A DNA stretch of 64,000 nucleotides from Eledone cirrhosa (Eukaryota): contig OZ024750.1 in NCBI GenBank assembly GCA_964016885.1, forward strand, positions 27,838,001 through 27,902,000. The letters run 5' to 3'. The translations under genes were made by a program, and so were the position numbers. The stretch's first letter is position 1. Each line of letters begins with the position of its first letter. Shown here piece after piece: positions 1 to 15,993 of the stretch. The notes under the pieces are model-generated. The model was not told where the DNA came from, did no database searches, and saw only the letters and a program-made list of their open reading frames with translations.

Positions 1-98
1 TTACAGCGAAATCTTTATGTAATAATGGCGAGATATTTCATTATATAACCATCACTGACACCCTCTCTCATTAGCATCGTATTTCGTGGTGTGTCATT

Positions 99-1250
<1,152 letters not shown>

Positions 1251-1579
1251 TATGTACATTCCAACACACTAAACCAGACGCCTGAAACAGACTGTTGCCT
1301 TTTTTTTTTCTTATTGTTCATTTTATTTACATATATTTTTATTATTTATTTTCCTTATTTTATGGAGTGGGGGGAGGGGGGCCTCCCCCCTTCTTTTCCC
1401 TACGTTGTTTGCATGTTTTTTTTTTCCTTTTTGCTATATTATTTTTATTATTAATCTTTTATATATTTGTTATTTTATCATCATATCAGATTTGGCGCGA
1501 AAACCTTCATCGTTACAAATTTTCCCACGCTCGCTCTCCTATTATTTGCTTCTTTGATCTCTTCCTTTTTCTCTTCTCT

Positions 1580-2570
<991 letters not shown>

Positions 2571-2811
2571 CTCTTCTATATGTAGATACTTTTTCTCAAA
2601 CACATGAAACGGAAGAATGACTGCGGCGGTGGGATTGTGTGGTGTGATGGCGGAGTGGTGGTGTTTTGGTTGTGTGGTGGAGGTGTGATTGTGGTGGGGT
2701 GGACATGACATGTATCATACTATTTTACCTTTATCAGGTACACGTTTCCCACCCTTTTATAGAGGAATATTTCCAATTGTTTAACATGTATGCACGTTAT
2801 ATAATGGTACA

Positions 2812-3095
2812 GTGGAGTCACGTGGCCTAGTGGTAAACGTGTTGGACTTACGATCAAAATGTCGTGGGTTCGATACCTAGGTTGTGTATTGTGTTCTTGA
2901 GCAAAACACTTCATTTCACGTTACTCCAGTATGCTCTACTGAAAATGAGTACCAGCAATAGCAGGGAGTTTAACCCTGCGATAGACTGGCGTCCTGTCCA
3001 GGGGGAAGTATTGTACCCTCAGTCGCTTCACGCCATGAAACAGGGATAAGCACCGGCCAAATGGGCCTTCTGGCTTAAGACAGACTTTAGACTTT
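2812..3095 (+). mobile_element. tRNA-derived CORE-type SINE
   Basis: A-box TGGCCTAGTGG and B-box GGTTCGATACC, then GTTCTTGAGCAAAACACTTCATTTCACGTTACTCCAGT...GAAAATGAGT resembling the CORE (MIR-like) domain; short repeated tail agacttt. Confidence 0.75.
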
Positions 3096-3530
3096 AAACA
3101 TAGGCACAAGTTCAACAATTTTTTAGGGGATGGAAAAGTCGATTAAATCACCCCCGGTACATTACTGGTTCTTAATTTTATCGACCTCGTAAAGAAGAAA
3201 GGCAAAGCTATCCTCGACAGGATTTGAACTCAGAATGTAAATGTCCGTAACTCTATGCCACTAAGTATGGCCTCCGACGCTCTACCAATTCTGCTAATCC
3301 AATAATAATAATAATAATTGTTTATAATTTAGGCACAAAGCCAGCAATTTGAAGGCTATGGGAAAGTCGATTAAATTAACCCCAGTACATTACTGGTACT
3401 TTATTTTATCGACCCCGTAAGGATGAAATGTAAAGTTAACCTCGGCGAGATTTGAACTCAGAGCGTAAAGGTCCATAACTCTATGCTGCAAAGCATGGTG
3501 TCCGACGCTCTACCGATTACTGCCAATCCT
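3095..3530 (-). mobile_element. Two tandem copies of the dominant tRNA-derived SINE (SINE-A, long form)
   Basis: Reverse complement of the repeat GGCGGTGGATTGGCAGTATCGGTAGAG...GAGTTCAAATCCCGCCGAGGTTAACTTTGCCTTTCATCCTTACGGGGTCGATAAAATAAAGTACCAGT seen about 30 times in the window. Confidence 0.9.
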
Positions 3531-3774
3531 TACATGTATAATAAATATTCTACCACTTTTATCTTCTTGCACTGCTTCCAGTTACTACACTGCCGTCAAA
3601 TTGATTTACTCAACAATATCGATCCCTTTACGTATCTGGTACATCGATACCTTTCTAGTCGGCCTGCTAATTTGTGTAACGTAAACATAGGCACGGACGC
3701 ACACACGCACACACGCACACACACGCACACACACACACACACACACTGACCACCCTCTTCCGAGATGTCAACAC

Positions 3775-4089
<315 letters not shown>

Positions 4090-4398
4090 TTGATATATCT
4101 CATATGAAATGATACAGTCAATTTTCCACACAATATAATTAGTTAGCACCCCGAACGTTTAATTAGGAATATACTCAGTTATTTCGTAATGTTTGTTGAG
4201 TGAGTTGGAATTTGGCCGTAGTATCGCTATATTAGCTTTCTACGATTATAAAATAATACAACTGGCTATCTGCAAAATACGTATAGTTATCACCCCAAAC
4301 GTATAATTGGGATTATACTAAGGTATATCCTAATGTTTGTTGAGTGAGACGGAAGCCGGTCGGAGTATTGCTTAAAGCTTTCTCTGTTAATGTATTAA

Positions 4399-4468
<70 letters not shown>

Positions 4469-4469
4469 G

Positions 4470-4505
<36 letters not shown>

Positions 4506-4748
4506 AATATAGATTCAGCGAGAATCGCATTTCGGCGGGTAGGAAAGGCGAAATGAAACGCAAAAATCAGAAATGACACTGGCAAAGTGCTCAATAGTTA
4601 AAACCAGAGCTAAACAATATGTTAAGAAGCCATACAAAACTGAAAAAGTGGGCAAGAAAGCATCATCCACCTAAGCCAAAAAGCAAATCAAGCTAAACAG
4701 GTCAAAACAAAATAAATGAAAAAAAATAAATGATAAAACCAGACCTGG

Positions 4749-4806
<58 letters not shown>

Positions 4807-4905
4807 AACAAGGGGAGAAGAATACTGCATGGTTGCACATGGATTACATATTATAAAATTAGCCCCTCATCAGTGATTTGCCAATCCTCATTGGTATTGC
4901 ATCGC

Positions 4906-4947
<42 letters not shown>

Positions 4948-5125
4948 TAAAAGGAAAAGAAAATGGTGACAAATTTTTCCGAGTGAAAAATAGTTTAATT
5001 AGGAATAAGTATAAATTAGTAATAAGTATTGGTTAGTATTCAGTTTTAGTTTTAAGTTTTTACCGGTTGCGCATTTCTAATGGTCTTCAAAAATAATTTT
5101 GAGATAGAGCGCTCGTGATGTTTGA

Positions 5126-5169
<44 letters not shown>

Positions 5170-5224
5170 ATGTGTGTGTGTGCGTGTGTATGTGTGTGTG
5201 TGTGTGTGTGTGTGTACATACATA

Positions 5225-7400
5225 TCCGTTTTCGGCTAACGGATGAGAGAAAGTGTACTCAATACTGAAATAGAGATATTGCATATTGACCGTTACATAT
5301 GTTTCACAGATGAAAGGTTCGCAGACTTTATCGATGAGATAGACCTCACTCCAGTATCGATTTGTTCATCTATATATATTTCCAAAGTCACCTTTGTGAC
5401 TTATGAATCTTTGGAAGAATTTGAATACGAGTTTCCCAAACGAGGAAAGAGGCGGTTAAAAGCCGACAGAAACACCAGCGAGAAATCATAGCCTGTACCG
5501 TTTGGATTCTGTTTGTTTCCATTTCTAGCTAAAGGCTTATAGAATTCTAAAAGCAAGAATTAGTCGTCCGTTGACCCTTAGCTTATGGCTAACTCATTCA
5601 CACAGCATTCGTGAAAAGCTGGTTTTGATTCCTCACAGTCGCATTTGTCAACTTTTTATCAGTCTCCAATCGAAATTTTCACAAAATTCTCATCTTTTAT
5701 TTATAGTCAGCTGTCATATATTTATTACACTCATTTGTTTTAATAGTATTTCTTTAGTTCCCCAATTTTATCGTCTCCGTTTTCTTCTGCATTCCTTAGT
5801 ATATCAGTACCGCGTCTAGTTGATAAGACTAAAGAAACTATCCTTTACTCTTATCTAGATGGCTTAATAAGACATTTTTTATCAAAATAGTTAAATTTAT
5901 TGCTGAGATATGTTGTTTATAGAGATACATATTATATACTCCCAAAATGTAACACTTCTTCCTATTTTGAATATATTTATAATCATGTCAGAACATTCCA
6001 AATCTAGATTATAGTTATCAGTACATATCTTTATTGTTTGAGATTTAATTAAATATTATCAATTATCTACATTATAGCTTTCATTTATATATTTACTCAT
6101 ATCATTTTATCCAAAAGTATTTCCGCATATTTTAAATTTCGGTGTATTTGAATTACAAATATCAAACATAGTTATAGAAATTGAAAGAAGGGGAAATGCA
6201 GAAGTGTAGAAATACTGGGAAGGATTTAGAATCTTAGCGGAGACATAAAGTATATTATTATAAATCTATTGTAGCTTGTTCTATAGCATATGGGATAGAA
6301 AGGAAGTATTATTTTGGCGCCAGAAAGCGTGTCAAAAGCTCCTAAGCGTTTAGAGAAAGGGAAGAATGGAAGAGATAGGTTTTGTGCTAGGTCAAATAGT
6401 ATTATGACAACTCTTCCTGTGCAGTGGAGCATAATATGGAAAATTACAATAACAGTATGAAGAACAACAACTACAGTAGTAACACAAATGTAAGAGAACC
6501 ATTACTTTGCTGACATTTACGATTATAACCTCTAAGCGGAAAAGAATTTAGTCTGTTATAATCTTTATCAATTATCATATATTCAGTATTAACAAGCCGT
6601 TCATGTCATATCTGGAAATGGCAAGTCTTTTGTAAGTCAACCCTCAAGTTCCGCTCAACTAAATCTCGTTCAACCATATAAACGTTTCAAAATTAAGTTT
6701 ATCTCTTTTAAGCTTTAAATTTACAGAGAGAACGCTAATGGGATGTCGTGATGGTTATTCTTTTCTCGAGGACAATAGTATCACAGTTATATCTTTGTTC
6801 CGACCTATAACGGTAGTGATGATTATAGTAGTATGGTGGAAGTGATGATAATGAACTAGAGGTCTTTGGCACCGCTCTAGATTAATATGCGGTGGTGAAA
6901 GAACCAAAGATCAATCCAGTTAAACGGCTTAGGGTCTAGTTTGGCCAGGAACTCCAGCTGGGTTGGAACTGTGGTGTGTTTACGAGAAGGGTGGCTGGTC
7001 TCACTCAGAAATGGACCAAGAGTAAGCTGTCCTTGAAATGTCGCTCATGGGTGACGAATGATTACACCACCTCCGTCCTCATTTACGGTCTGGTTGTCGT
7101 GCATTGTCCTAGTGCTCGTTTGAACAGATTGGAGTGCCTGTTTTTCCAATTCTTGTGAAAAATCCGTGTCCAATTGAAGATATGGTCCATCTGTTGTCAT
7201 CATTAACTGCGCAGTGGAGATTTGTAAAGATTCCTGGATGGCGAGCAGGTGCGGTCGCATTTTGTGAGACGTGCTTTTTCGCAGTTAATTTCCTTGGCGG
7301 GGCTGAAGACCTGCGTGAAGAAAAGACAAAGGCAGCTTGTCTGGCATCTAGCCCGCTGTCAGACACCAAAGTCGTCTAATAGTCGGGTATTCAAATCAGT
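5225..7400 (-). pseudogene. Decayed Penelope-like element ORF (N-terminal and pre-RT region)
   Basis: Minus strand near 5400-5420 translates ILPKIHKS, matching the LPKIHK motif at the start of Penelope-like RTs. Surrounding frames are broken by stops and frameshifts; the boundaries are a guess. Confidence 0.45.
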
Positions 7401-7439
7401 TGAAGTTCCACATTAACAAACTTTATAGGAGTAATAACA

Positions 7440-7843
7440 GGGAAGTCCTGGGTGTCTAAGAGAACGAACTGTTTGGTCGGTTACGCAGGATTAACGGCCC
7501 GGGAACTGTCTCGGGTAAGTCCTGGGTGTCGAGGAGAACGAACTGTCTGGTCTGTTCCGGAGGATTAACGAAGCGGAGACTGTCTCGGGGAAGTCCCGGG
7601 TGTCGAGGAGAACGAACTGTCTGGTCGGTTACGCAGATTAACGGCCCGGAGACTGTGGATAATTTCCAGAAATTTCTGGTCGGTTACGCAGATTAACGGC
7701 CCGGAGACTGTGGATAATTTCCAGAAATTTCTGGTCGGTTACGCAGATTAACGGCCCGGAGACTGTGGATAATTTCCAGAAATTTCTGGTCGGTTACGCA
7801 GATTAACGGCCCGGAGACTGTGGATAATTTCCAGAAATTTCTG
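7440..7843. repeat. Tandem array: about 76 bp diverged units followed by four identical 55 bp units (7621-7840)
   Basis: ctggtcggttacgcagattaacggcccggagactgtggataatttccagaaattt starts at 7621, 7676, 7731 and 7786. Confidence 0.9.
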
Positions 7844-8111
7844 ACCTGGCAGGGCTATCGTGGGCATTGCCGGTTCGAGATAGACCTGACAGGCATTGAG
7901 GTGCTGGCAGACGGGTTTGTCCGATGTGCACCTAGAGCGATGAAACTGTACAGCATGTACTGGTTCAATGCCCGGGTATTGCTGAACTGTGGAGTTATGT
8001 TGAAATACTCGCTGTTATTCTATTTCATTCTTTATTTATCATTCTATCTTCTGATGAAGCATTGGTGTCTATAACGTAAAGACTCCTATTATATCAAGCG
8101 TTAAACATATA

Positions 8112-8192
<81 letters not shown>

Positions 8193-8199
8193 GTCAACT

Positions 8200-8390
8200 T
8201 TTTAAATGGAAGTTGCACTGTTTAAGGTATGTCAAATTTATTTATAAAACGGTTTATATATTGTATTTTGTCTGAGGAAGGCATACCATATTTTTAATAT
8301 GATATCCCTGAAATATATATAATGAAATAAATATGGTTTTATAAATATAGTTTCCATTTGTTTAATATAGTATATTTATATATATGTATT
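8200..8390 (+). mobile_element. Penelope-like pLTR fragment (family C) with hammerhead
   Basis: tattttgt CTGAGGA agg...cct GAAA tatata TA atgaaata, followed by AATAAA. Confidence 0.7.
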
Positions 8391-8819
8391 TATACAAATA
8401 CATACACACTCATATATATATATATATGTATGTATGTGTATGCGTGTGTGTGTGTGCGTGTTTCTGTGTCTGTCTGCCTGTCTGTTTGTGTTTACTTCAT
8501 ACACTACATACACTATACTGCAATGCTAGAGAAAAAACTCTACTCAGCGTTTTAAAATAAATTATCTCTTTTCATTAATCCTTCATCCCATTAATTGGTA
8601 AGAATTAGGTGACTAGTTTTCTTCGTTATTCCTTAACGTTTTCTTCTTTGCTATATACAGAAATAGACCCCTCCCCTCTCATCTCCCCCTCACCACCCCA
8701 CTAATGAAAATATTAATTAAGCTGAGATAACGTACCCATTTCATTAATTAAAAGCCAAAAGCTTAAATTATACATACACGTCAAATACATAGTTTTTAAT
8801 GATAACCAGAGACAGAAAA

Positions 8820-8877
8820 ATATCACACACAAACCTACACACACAGGCTCAGACACACACATACACAGACACACACA

Positions 8878-8962
<85 letters not shown>

Positions 8963-9168
8963 AGAGACACACACATAGACTCACACACACACACATACAC
9001 AGACACACACACACAAACATATATATATATATATATACAGACACACACACATAGACTCACACACACACACATACACAGACACACAAACACACAAACACAG
9101 ACACACACACAAACACACACACATATATATATACAGAGATACACACATAGACTCACACACACACACAT

Positions 9169-9223
<55 letters not shown>

Positions 9224-9620
9224 GACACACACATAGACTCACACACACACACACATACACACATATATATATAGCCACGGGCACAACACACACAACACAG
9301 CACAATCATACGCACATACATACACACACATACACACATACACAAACATACATACACAACATATATACACACATACAAACAAAACCTCAACAGATACACA
9401 CACACACACGCATACTAATGCATGCACACTCTTCCCCCCCCCTCTCTGTATTTTTCCCTTACATTTACACACACACTTTCTCTTTCTCTCACACACACAC
9501 ACATACACACATTTTCTCTTTCTCTTGCACACTCTCTCTCTCTCACACACATATACACACACTTTCTCTTACACACACACACTCTCTCTCTCGCACACAC
9601 ACATATACACCCACTTACAT
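8820..9620. repeat. Compound (CA)n/(TA)n/(CT)n microsatellite
   Basis: Visible directly. Confidence 0.9.
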
Positions 9621-10237
9621 AGAGACTCTTCCCTTAAATCTCAACAAACAACTAAGTTTATACCAATGCCACTTTTCTACCACTAACAAATTTCAAGCAC
9701 ATGGCAAGGAGCACAGTCCCCCTTCTCCCTCCTTCTGTCTTTCCCCCTTCCCTTCCCCCAATCTGCCACCAGACACACACACTGTCAGTAAATCTAAAAT
9801 TGTTAAAAATGTCAACATAACAAAGAGGGTTGTGTCGCATAATATTACTGACGTCCATATTAACTGTCAATCAAACATCCGCTAACAAAGAAATAAAATT
9901 GCTTCCCGCCCATTTTCTGCAGCACTGGAACTGTCTGGTTGTCGCTACTATCAAGGAATGGTACATATTGAAGAATTATGCAGCATTTATTGCATCTAAA
10001 CTTCTTTGCTTTTTCTCCTATGCCTTCTAAATGTTCTTTATCCTTCCATCACATTTTTCTTTGTTTCCTTATAACCTCTATTCTTCCTTTTGTCTATTAA
10101 ACTCGTGTATATTTCTGCTGCAGTTTCCTGTCTAGTTTTACCATTTCCTTCTCATCTTTATTTTTCATCATATCACTTGTCTTTTGTTTCCTTCTATTTT
10201 AGATTTAATCGATGTCAAAGTTTGCTCTTTATTATTA

Positions 10238-11210
10238 CTAGCTTTGCCTTTCATTCAAGGTTGCCTTTCATCAAACGGGGTTGATTAAATAAAGTACCAG
10301 TAATGCACTGGGATCGATTTCATCGACTTTCCCCTCTCCCAAAATTGTTGTCCTTGTGCCTAAATCACAAACCATTATTATTTGGCAGTATCGGTAGAGG
10401 GTCGGACGCCATGCTTTCCAGCATAGTTACGTCCCTTTACGATCTGAGTTCAAATCCCGCCGAGGTTGACTTTGCCTTTCATCCTTACGGGGTCGATAAA
10501 ATAAAGTACCAGTTACGCACTGGGGTCGAGTTAATAAACGTTCCACCCTTCCCATCAAATTACTAGCCTTGTCACTAGATCAGAAAACATTATTAACTTC
10601 GCATGTCATCCTTTCGGGGTCAATAAAATAAAATGCCAGTAATGGACTGGGGTTCATTTAATCGACTTTTCCACCCTACTTCAAATTACTAGACTTGTGC
10701 CAATAGTAGAAACAATTATTATAATCTAAGTTTTGCTTTTCATCCTTACGGGGTCGATAAAAATAAAGTACCAGTAATGCACGGGATAATTGCTGGCCTT
10801 GTGCCTAAAGTAGAAACCATTATTATAATGTAAGTTCTGAAAATTAAATGAATGCTTCCTGGAAGAGAAATATTTCAGTTACGAAATAATTGTTTCTACT
10901 TTAGGCACAAGGCCAGCAATTATACCAGTGCATTACTGGTACTTTATTTTATCGACCCCGTAAGGATGAAAGGCAAAGTCAACCTCGGCGGGATTTGAAC
11001 TCAGATCGTAAAGGGACGTAACTATGCTGGAAGGCATGGCGTCCGACCCTCTACCGATACTGCCAATCCACGAAATAATGATTTCTATTATAGGCACAAG
11101 GCCAGTAATTTGGGGGGGGGGAGGTGAATGTCGATTAAATCGACACCAGTACGTTACTGGTGCTTTGTTTTATCGACCCCGTAAGGATGAAAGGCAAAGT
11201 TAACCTCGAC
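10238..11210. mobile_element. Cluster of six full or partial SINE-A copies (four +, two -)
   Basis: Repeated SINE-A core. The copy at about 10890-11069 is flanked by the direct repeat acgaaataat. Confidence 0.9.
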
Positions 11211-11269
11211 TGTTGGCTTATTTTAAAAATAAAATATCCAATACTAATAATAATATAAGTAAACAACTC

Positions 11270-11550
11270 CACTATCCGGGTGCTTCCAACAGTAATGGTT
11301 GCATTTTTTAAGGGTATGTCAATATTTATTTATTTATAAAACTGATCTATATTATATTTTGTCTGATGAAAGCACACCATAATTTAACTTGGTGTCCTTG
11401 AAATATGTATAATGAAATAAATATGGTTTTATAAATATAGTTTCCATTTCTTAATATATTGTATATTTACTCCAATTAATTTGTTGAGTGCTTTATATCA
11501 GTTATAAAAATATTTTGGTTGTTATATCCCAACAAATTAAATATAACCTC
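11270..11550 (+). mobile_element. Penelope-like pLTR fragment (family C) with hammerhead at about 11355-11420
   Basis: tattttgt CTGATGA aag c acacca...tggtgt c ctt GAAA tatgta TA atgaaata. Confidence 0.7.
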
Positions 11551-11849
11551 TACATACATATATATATATATTTCTGCAGTACTCCTGACTTATTTGCTAT
11601 CACAACCAACAGCAGTTACTGACACACTGAAAACTATCGTGTAACCACTTCCACCCTTCGTACCATTAACAACTGTAAGCTAACACAAACAACATTGCAT
11701 TACACTACTAATACTCTTCAAGTATATTATTTTGTACTTTTATATTCAGTCTGCTCAGGCGGTGAATTGGCAGAGTCGTTAAAACGTCGATAAAATGGAT
11801 ATTTGATTTAAAGTACAGTAAATTAGGGCTGGTAGTGTAAAAATACAAA

Positions 11850-11897
11850 CACATGTACACCAGGTCCGAACATGGAGGAGCTGATCTCCCACTGTCA

Positions 11898-11957
<60 letters not shown>

Positions 11958-12380
11958 CTCCCTCTCTCACTCTCTCTCTCTCTCCATCACACATGTACAT
12001 CAGGTCCGAACACAGAGGAGCCGAACTCCCAATGTCATCGCCTCTGTCTCTCTCGCTCTTCCCATCACACATGTACACCAAGTCCGAAGACAGAGGAGCC
12101 GAACTCCCACTGTCATCGCCTCCATCTCTTTCTCCCCCCTATCTCTCACTATTATGAGCAAATTGGGTCTCACACGCTGGGCGCCCCACGGCCCCGGCGG
12201 ACAGAATAGATGAGACGTTTTCCAGGAGGATGGTGAGGGAGATGCGCTGGAAGAACCATTCCACCTCGTGAGACTCACACCTGCGGCTAGCCAGCTCCGC
12301 GCCTATGGTGATGAGCAGCAAGGTAGCCCTAGGGCCAAGGACACTAGAAGTCTCCACTGCTAGGGACTCGACTGCAAAAC
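11850..12380 (-). mobile_element. 3' fragment of a CRE-like (restriction-like endonuclease) non-LTR element with a triplicated 3' UTR motif
   Basis: Minus frame ETSSVLGPRATLLLITIGAELASRRCESHEVEWFFQRISLTILLENVSSILSAG. Homologous to 44810-45130 and 29040-29200; the acacatgtacaccaggtccgaac motif occurs three times. Confidence 0.6.
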
Positions 12381-12619
12381 TGTCGGAGGGCGACCGATAT
12401 TTAGAGAGTTAACCCTCCCCAGCCCGACGTGCAACAGAGCCTGGGTTAGTCGGAGAAAATGCTTTGTGGTATTCATTTCGGCTCTTTGCTCTCTCTCGGG
12501 TCATTTACCGCCGAGGTCAACTTTTCCTTTCAACCATTCGCGGTCAATAAGAAAAAGTACCAGACTAGTACTGAAATCGATTCTTCACCTATATATCTTT
12601 CTCACTTCCATTCTTTCTC

Positions 12620-13985
12620 TCTCACTCTCTCTATTCTTCTCAGGAAAGAATCTGCTGTATTCAGATCTGGAAAGGAAATGGGATCTGCCAGGCTTAAAAA
12701 AAGATGCCCCTAGAAACGCCGTATGTCAATGCGCTGCCCCTATGACTCCCCCAGGAGTTGTAGGACCATGATGGCTGCAAACTCTGCTAAGAGTATTGCA
12801 ATCACTTGTCAGATTATAGAGTTTGGTGCACTTTTAGGGTATGACCAGCCACACATACTCGTAACATATCCTGAACAAGCAATGCCTGTGCTTTGAAGGT
12901 TTTTTAAGTCGGGAAAGGCCTTTTACTCGATCAATCCCACTTTCTGAGCATCGAAAACACTACCTGAAAAGGAGAGCTAGTCAACATCATCGGATGCTTC
13001 CGAAGCCGCAGGTGATTTTTTTTTTTATTCAGAGTTTCCCTCTCCCAGAAAGGTGTTGTGACAACAACTGGGGGGCTTTCACTCCCAAGGTAAAACAAAA
13101 ACACCACTATTTGGATGGCCTTTGACTCTGCTGAGTTCCTCCGCCTTTTGCAGGGTCTTGTATTTCATGCCGCAGGGTGTTCAAATATCACCCTCCTCAT
13201 CAAGCTAGCTTCATGGGGTTGCTGGTTTAGTCGCCGACGACCCGACCATGAGACAAGTTGTTCAGGGTTACATGATACCAGTAGCATTCGAGAGCGACCT
13301 GACATACATACATGCATACTGTGTGATGTGAGCGTTTCCTTCGAGTTTGTCTTATATTCGCCAATTTCGTTAAATAATCACCACGCTCAGACTGTTGTGT
13401 GCAGTCTGTCACTCCCTCTCTTTTTCTGTTTCTTCTTCTGTTCAGCGATTATTTCCTGAGACATTCTAACCACATGCCCGCAGTATCGGAGTTGTGATCT
13501 CTCAATTCAGATAAGTAGCGGCTCTACTTGAGGTGACACCTCAGATCTTCTAACTACGCACTCAGTCAAGTAACGTCAAGGAACCCCATTTCGCCTGCTT
13601 GTATTTACGATCGTATCCTTTCGGTCATTATCCTTTCGTTGCTTAATTTCTTTATTTCGTTTCCTTATTGCCCTATGTTGTACAGTTTTTAACATATTTT
13701 CCCTTTGTATTAGGTTAAAATTTGTATTATCAATAAATCTAAATATAACAGAATATCATATCGTATACTGATTGGAGACAACAAGTTAAATGATCTGTTA
13801 TTTTGGACATTGCCGTGTATGTACTTATAGTGAAGCGGTCGATTGTAGGTTAGTGCACGCATTCCCCCCCCCCCCCCAAGTAACTTCTGAGGGAGTCGTA
13901 GGGACGTTATATTGGCATACAGCGTTTCTAGGGCATTTGAAAACCTGGTGGAGACCATTTCCTCTCCACGTCATTTCTTCCAGAG
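12620..13985 (-). mobile_element. Fragmented RTE-clade LINE remnants
   Basis: 13575-13632 (-) translates IMTERIRS*IQAGEMGFL, an RTE post-RT motif. 13030-13090 (-) resembles an RTE 5' UTR segment also seen at 53912-53970. 12700-12752 and 13890-13940 are inverted homologues. Confidence 0.55.
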
Positions 13986-14029
13986 AAGAGTAGAGAGTGA
14001 GAGAATGGACGTGAGAAAGAGAAATAGAG

Positions 14030-14170
14030 GAAGAATCGACCCCAGTACTTCACTGGTACTTTTTATCGATTCAAACTTGGCGGGATTTGAACTCAGAATG
14101 GAAAGGGCCGTAACTCTATGCGCCAAAGCATGGTGTCCGACTCTCTACCGATACTGCCAATCCACCGCCG
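14030..14170 (-). mobile_element. SINE-A (internally deleted)
   Basis: Head and B-box match the consensus. Confidence 0.85.
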
Positions 14171-14334
14171 GACGGATGGTCACTCTTTCATTACGGTTAT
14201 TGGTTGGTGACGCACGTTTCGCTACTGATCAGCTCAAGGTTCGATCTGTATCGATCTGGCCCGATTTGGAATCGAAAGCTCGTCGGACCTCTGTAGTAGT
14301 AATGACAGAATATATATATATATATATATATATA

Positions 14335-14512
14335 TTAACAAATGGAAACTATATTTATAAAACCATATTTATTTCATTATCCATATTTCAAGGGCCACCA
14401 GAGCAAACTATGGTGCGCTTTCATCAGATAAAATATAATATAGGTTAGTTTTATAAATAAATATTGACATACCCTTAAAAAATGCAACCATTCTGGTTGG
14501 AATCTCCTGGAT
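14335..14512 (-). mobile_element. Penelope-like pLTR fragment (family C) with hammerhead
   Basis: Reverse complement: attttat CTGATGA aag c gcacca...tggtggc cctt GAAA tatgga TA atgaaat; flanked by (TA)n on both sides. Confidence 0.65.
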
Positions 14513-14609
14513 ATATATATTTATTTATTAAAATAACAGATTAAAGTTTAAGCAAAGAATCGCTGCTTTCACCCTTAACGAGATCTTCTTATTACTATAT
14601 ATATATATA

Positions 14610-15250
14610 TAATTGTTTCTACTTTTGGCACAAGGCCAGCAATTACCCAGTACATTACTGGTACTTTATTTTATAGACCCCGTAAGGATGAAAGGCAAAG
14701 TTAACCTCGGCGGGAAATGGACGCATCTTAACAATCATAAGACATATATATATATATATGACCTCTCTCAAATCTATTAGAATCATAACTGGACAACATT
14801 GTCTTAAATGGCAACGCAATCAGCTTCATAATTGAAACTAAGACATTGAATATTATTATGATTGAAGGGCGGTGGATTGGCAGTATCGGTAGAGGGTCGG
14901 ACGCCATGCTGAGTTCAAATCCCGCCGAGGTTAACTTTGTCTTTCATCCTTGCGGGGTCGATAAAATAAAGTACCAGTAATACACTGGTATAATTTCTGG
15001 CCTTGTGCCCAAAGTAGAAACAATTATTTGGAAATAAAGCATTATGTGGAACATGCAAGGGCGGTGGTTTGGCAGTATCGATAGAGCGTCAGACACCATT
15101 TTTTTCAGCATAGAGCTACGGCCCTTTACGTTCTGAGTTTAAATCCCGCCGAGGATAACTTTGCTTTCATCCTTACGGGGTCGATAAAATAAAGTACCAG
15201 TCACATACTGAGATAATTGCTGGCCTTGTGCCGAAAGTAGAAACAATTAT
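14610..15250. mobile_element. Three SINE-A copies (14610-14715 -, 14865-15030 +, 15057-15250 +)
   Basis: Consensus match. Confidence 0.9.
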
Positions 15251-15566
15251 TATGATTCAGTTTTATGATACAGCTTTTTGATTCAGTTTTTTTACGATGC
15301 ATAGACACTTATGTTTCAAAGCTGCTGGTTGAAATAGGTTTGTGTTTTCAGTCAGCCATCTTAGATTGCTTTCATATTTACGGTTGTCAACTTCCTTACC
15401 GTTATTCACACTTCGCTTGGACATTACGTTCATTACCTGACGCTAAATTTTCTTATTTTCTGATAACATCTTCATCAGCGACCACACGCGCACGCACACA
15501 TATGTACATGTGCACACATTTACATACAAACATACATAATCACACACAGACATATATATGTATGTA

Positions 15567-15632
<66 letters not shown>

Positions 15633-15660
15633 TATAAATATATATGTGTATATATATATG

Positions 15661-15697
<37 letters not shown>

Positions 15698-15950
15698 TTA
15701 TATATATGTATGTATGTGTATGTGTATATATATATATGTGTGTGTATATATATATACATTTATATATGTATGCATACATATATATATATATATATGTAGG
15801 CATATATATATATATATATATATATATGAATATAGACATAGAATATTCGAAAATATTCTGTATGTTTATAATAAACATTTTGAAGACCTAATCGCTATAG
15901 AATAGAATACGTCACGTATTACAATTAGATTCTCGATAAAAGCAAGGGAA

Positions 15951-15993
15951 GTAATCTACGCGTTTCATTCTTGTTAGAATTCATCAGGACTAC
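15951..15993 (-). ncRNA. Type I minimal hammerhead ribozyme (also 16261-16303 and 16571-16613)
   Basis: Reverse complement: gtagtc CTGATGA attct aaca agaat GAAA cgcg TA gattac. Confidence 0.85.

Noticed and set aside
2812-2882. tRNA gene (also other A/B-box heads and 55700-55765)
   Set aside because: A/B boxes are present but there is no complete cloverleaf; they continue into SINE bodies or are degenerate.
4139-4385. Diverged tandem duplication with a period of about 145 bp
   Set aside because: Real, but it has no structural or coding signal, so it was not pursued.
5243-5491. 82 aa plus-strand ORF
   Set aside because: No recognisable motif, and it is antisense to the LPKIHK Penelope-like frame.
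15875-15925. Second, antisense hammerhead in the 310 bp unit (ttgaaga cc...gaat acgtcacgta)
   Set aside because: The core deviates at both halves (UUGAAGA, GAAU) and there is no convincing helix I. A similar weak motif at 5060-5095 (-) also lacks helix II.
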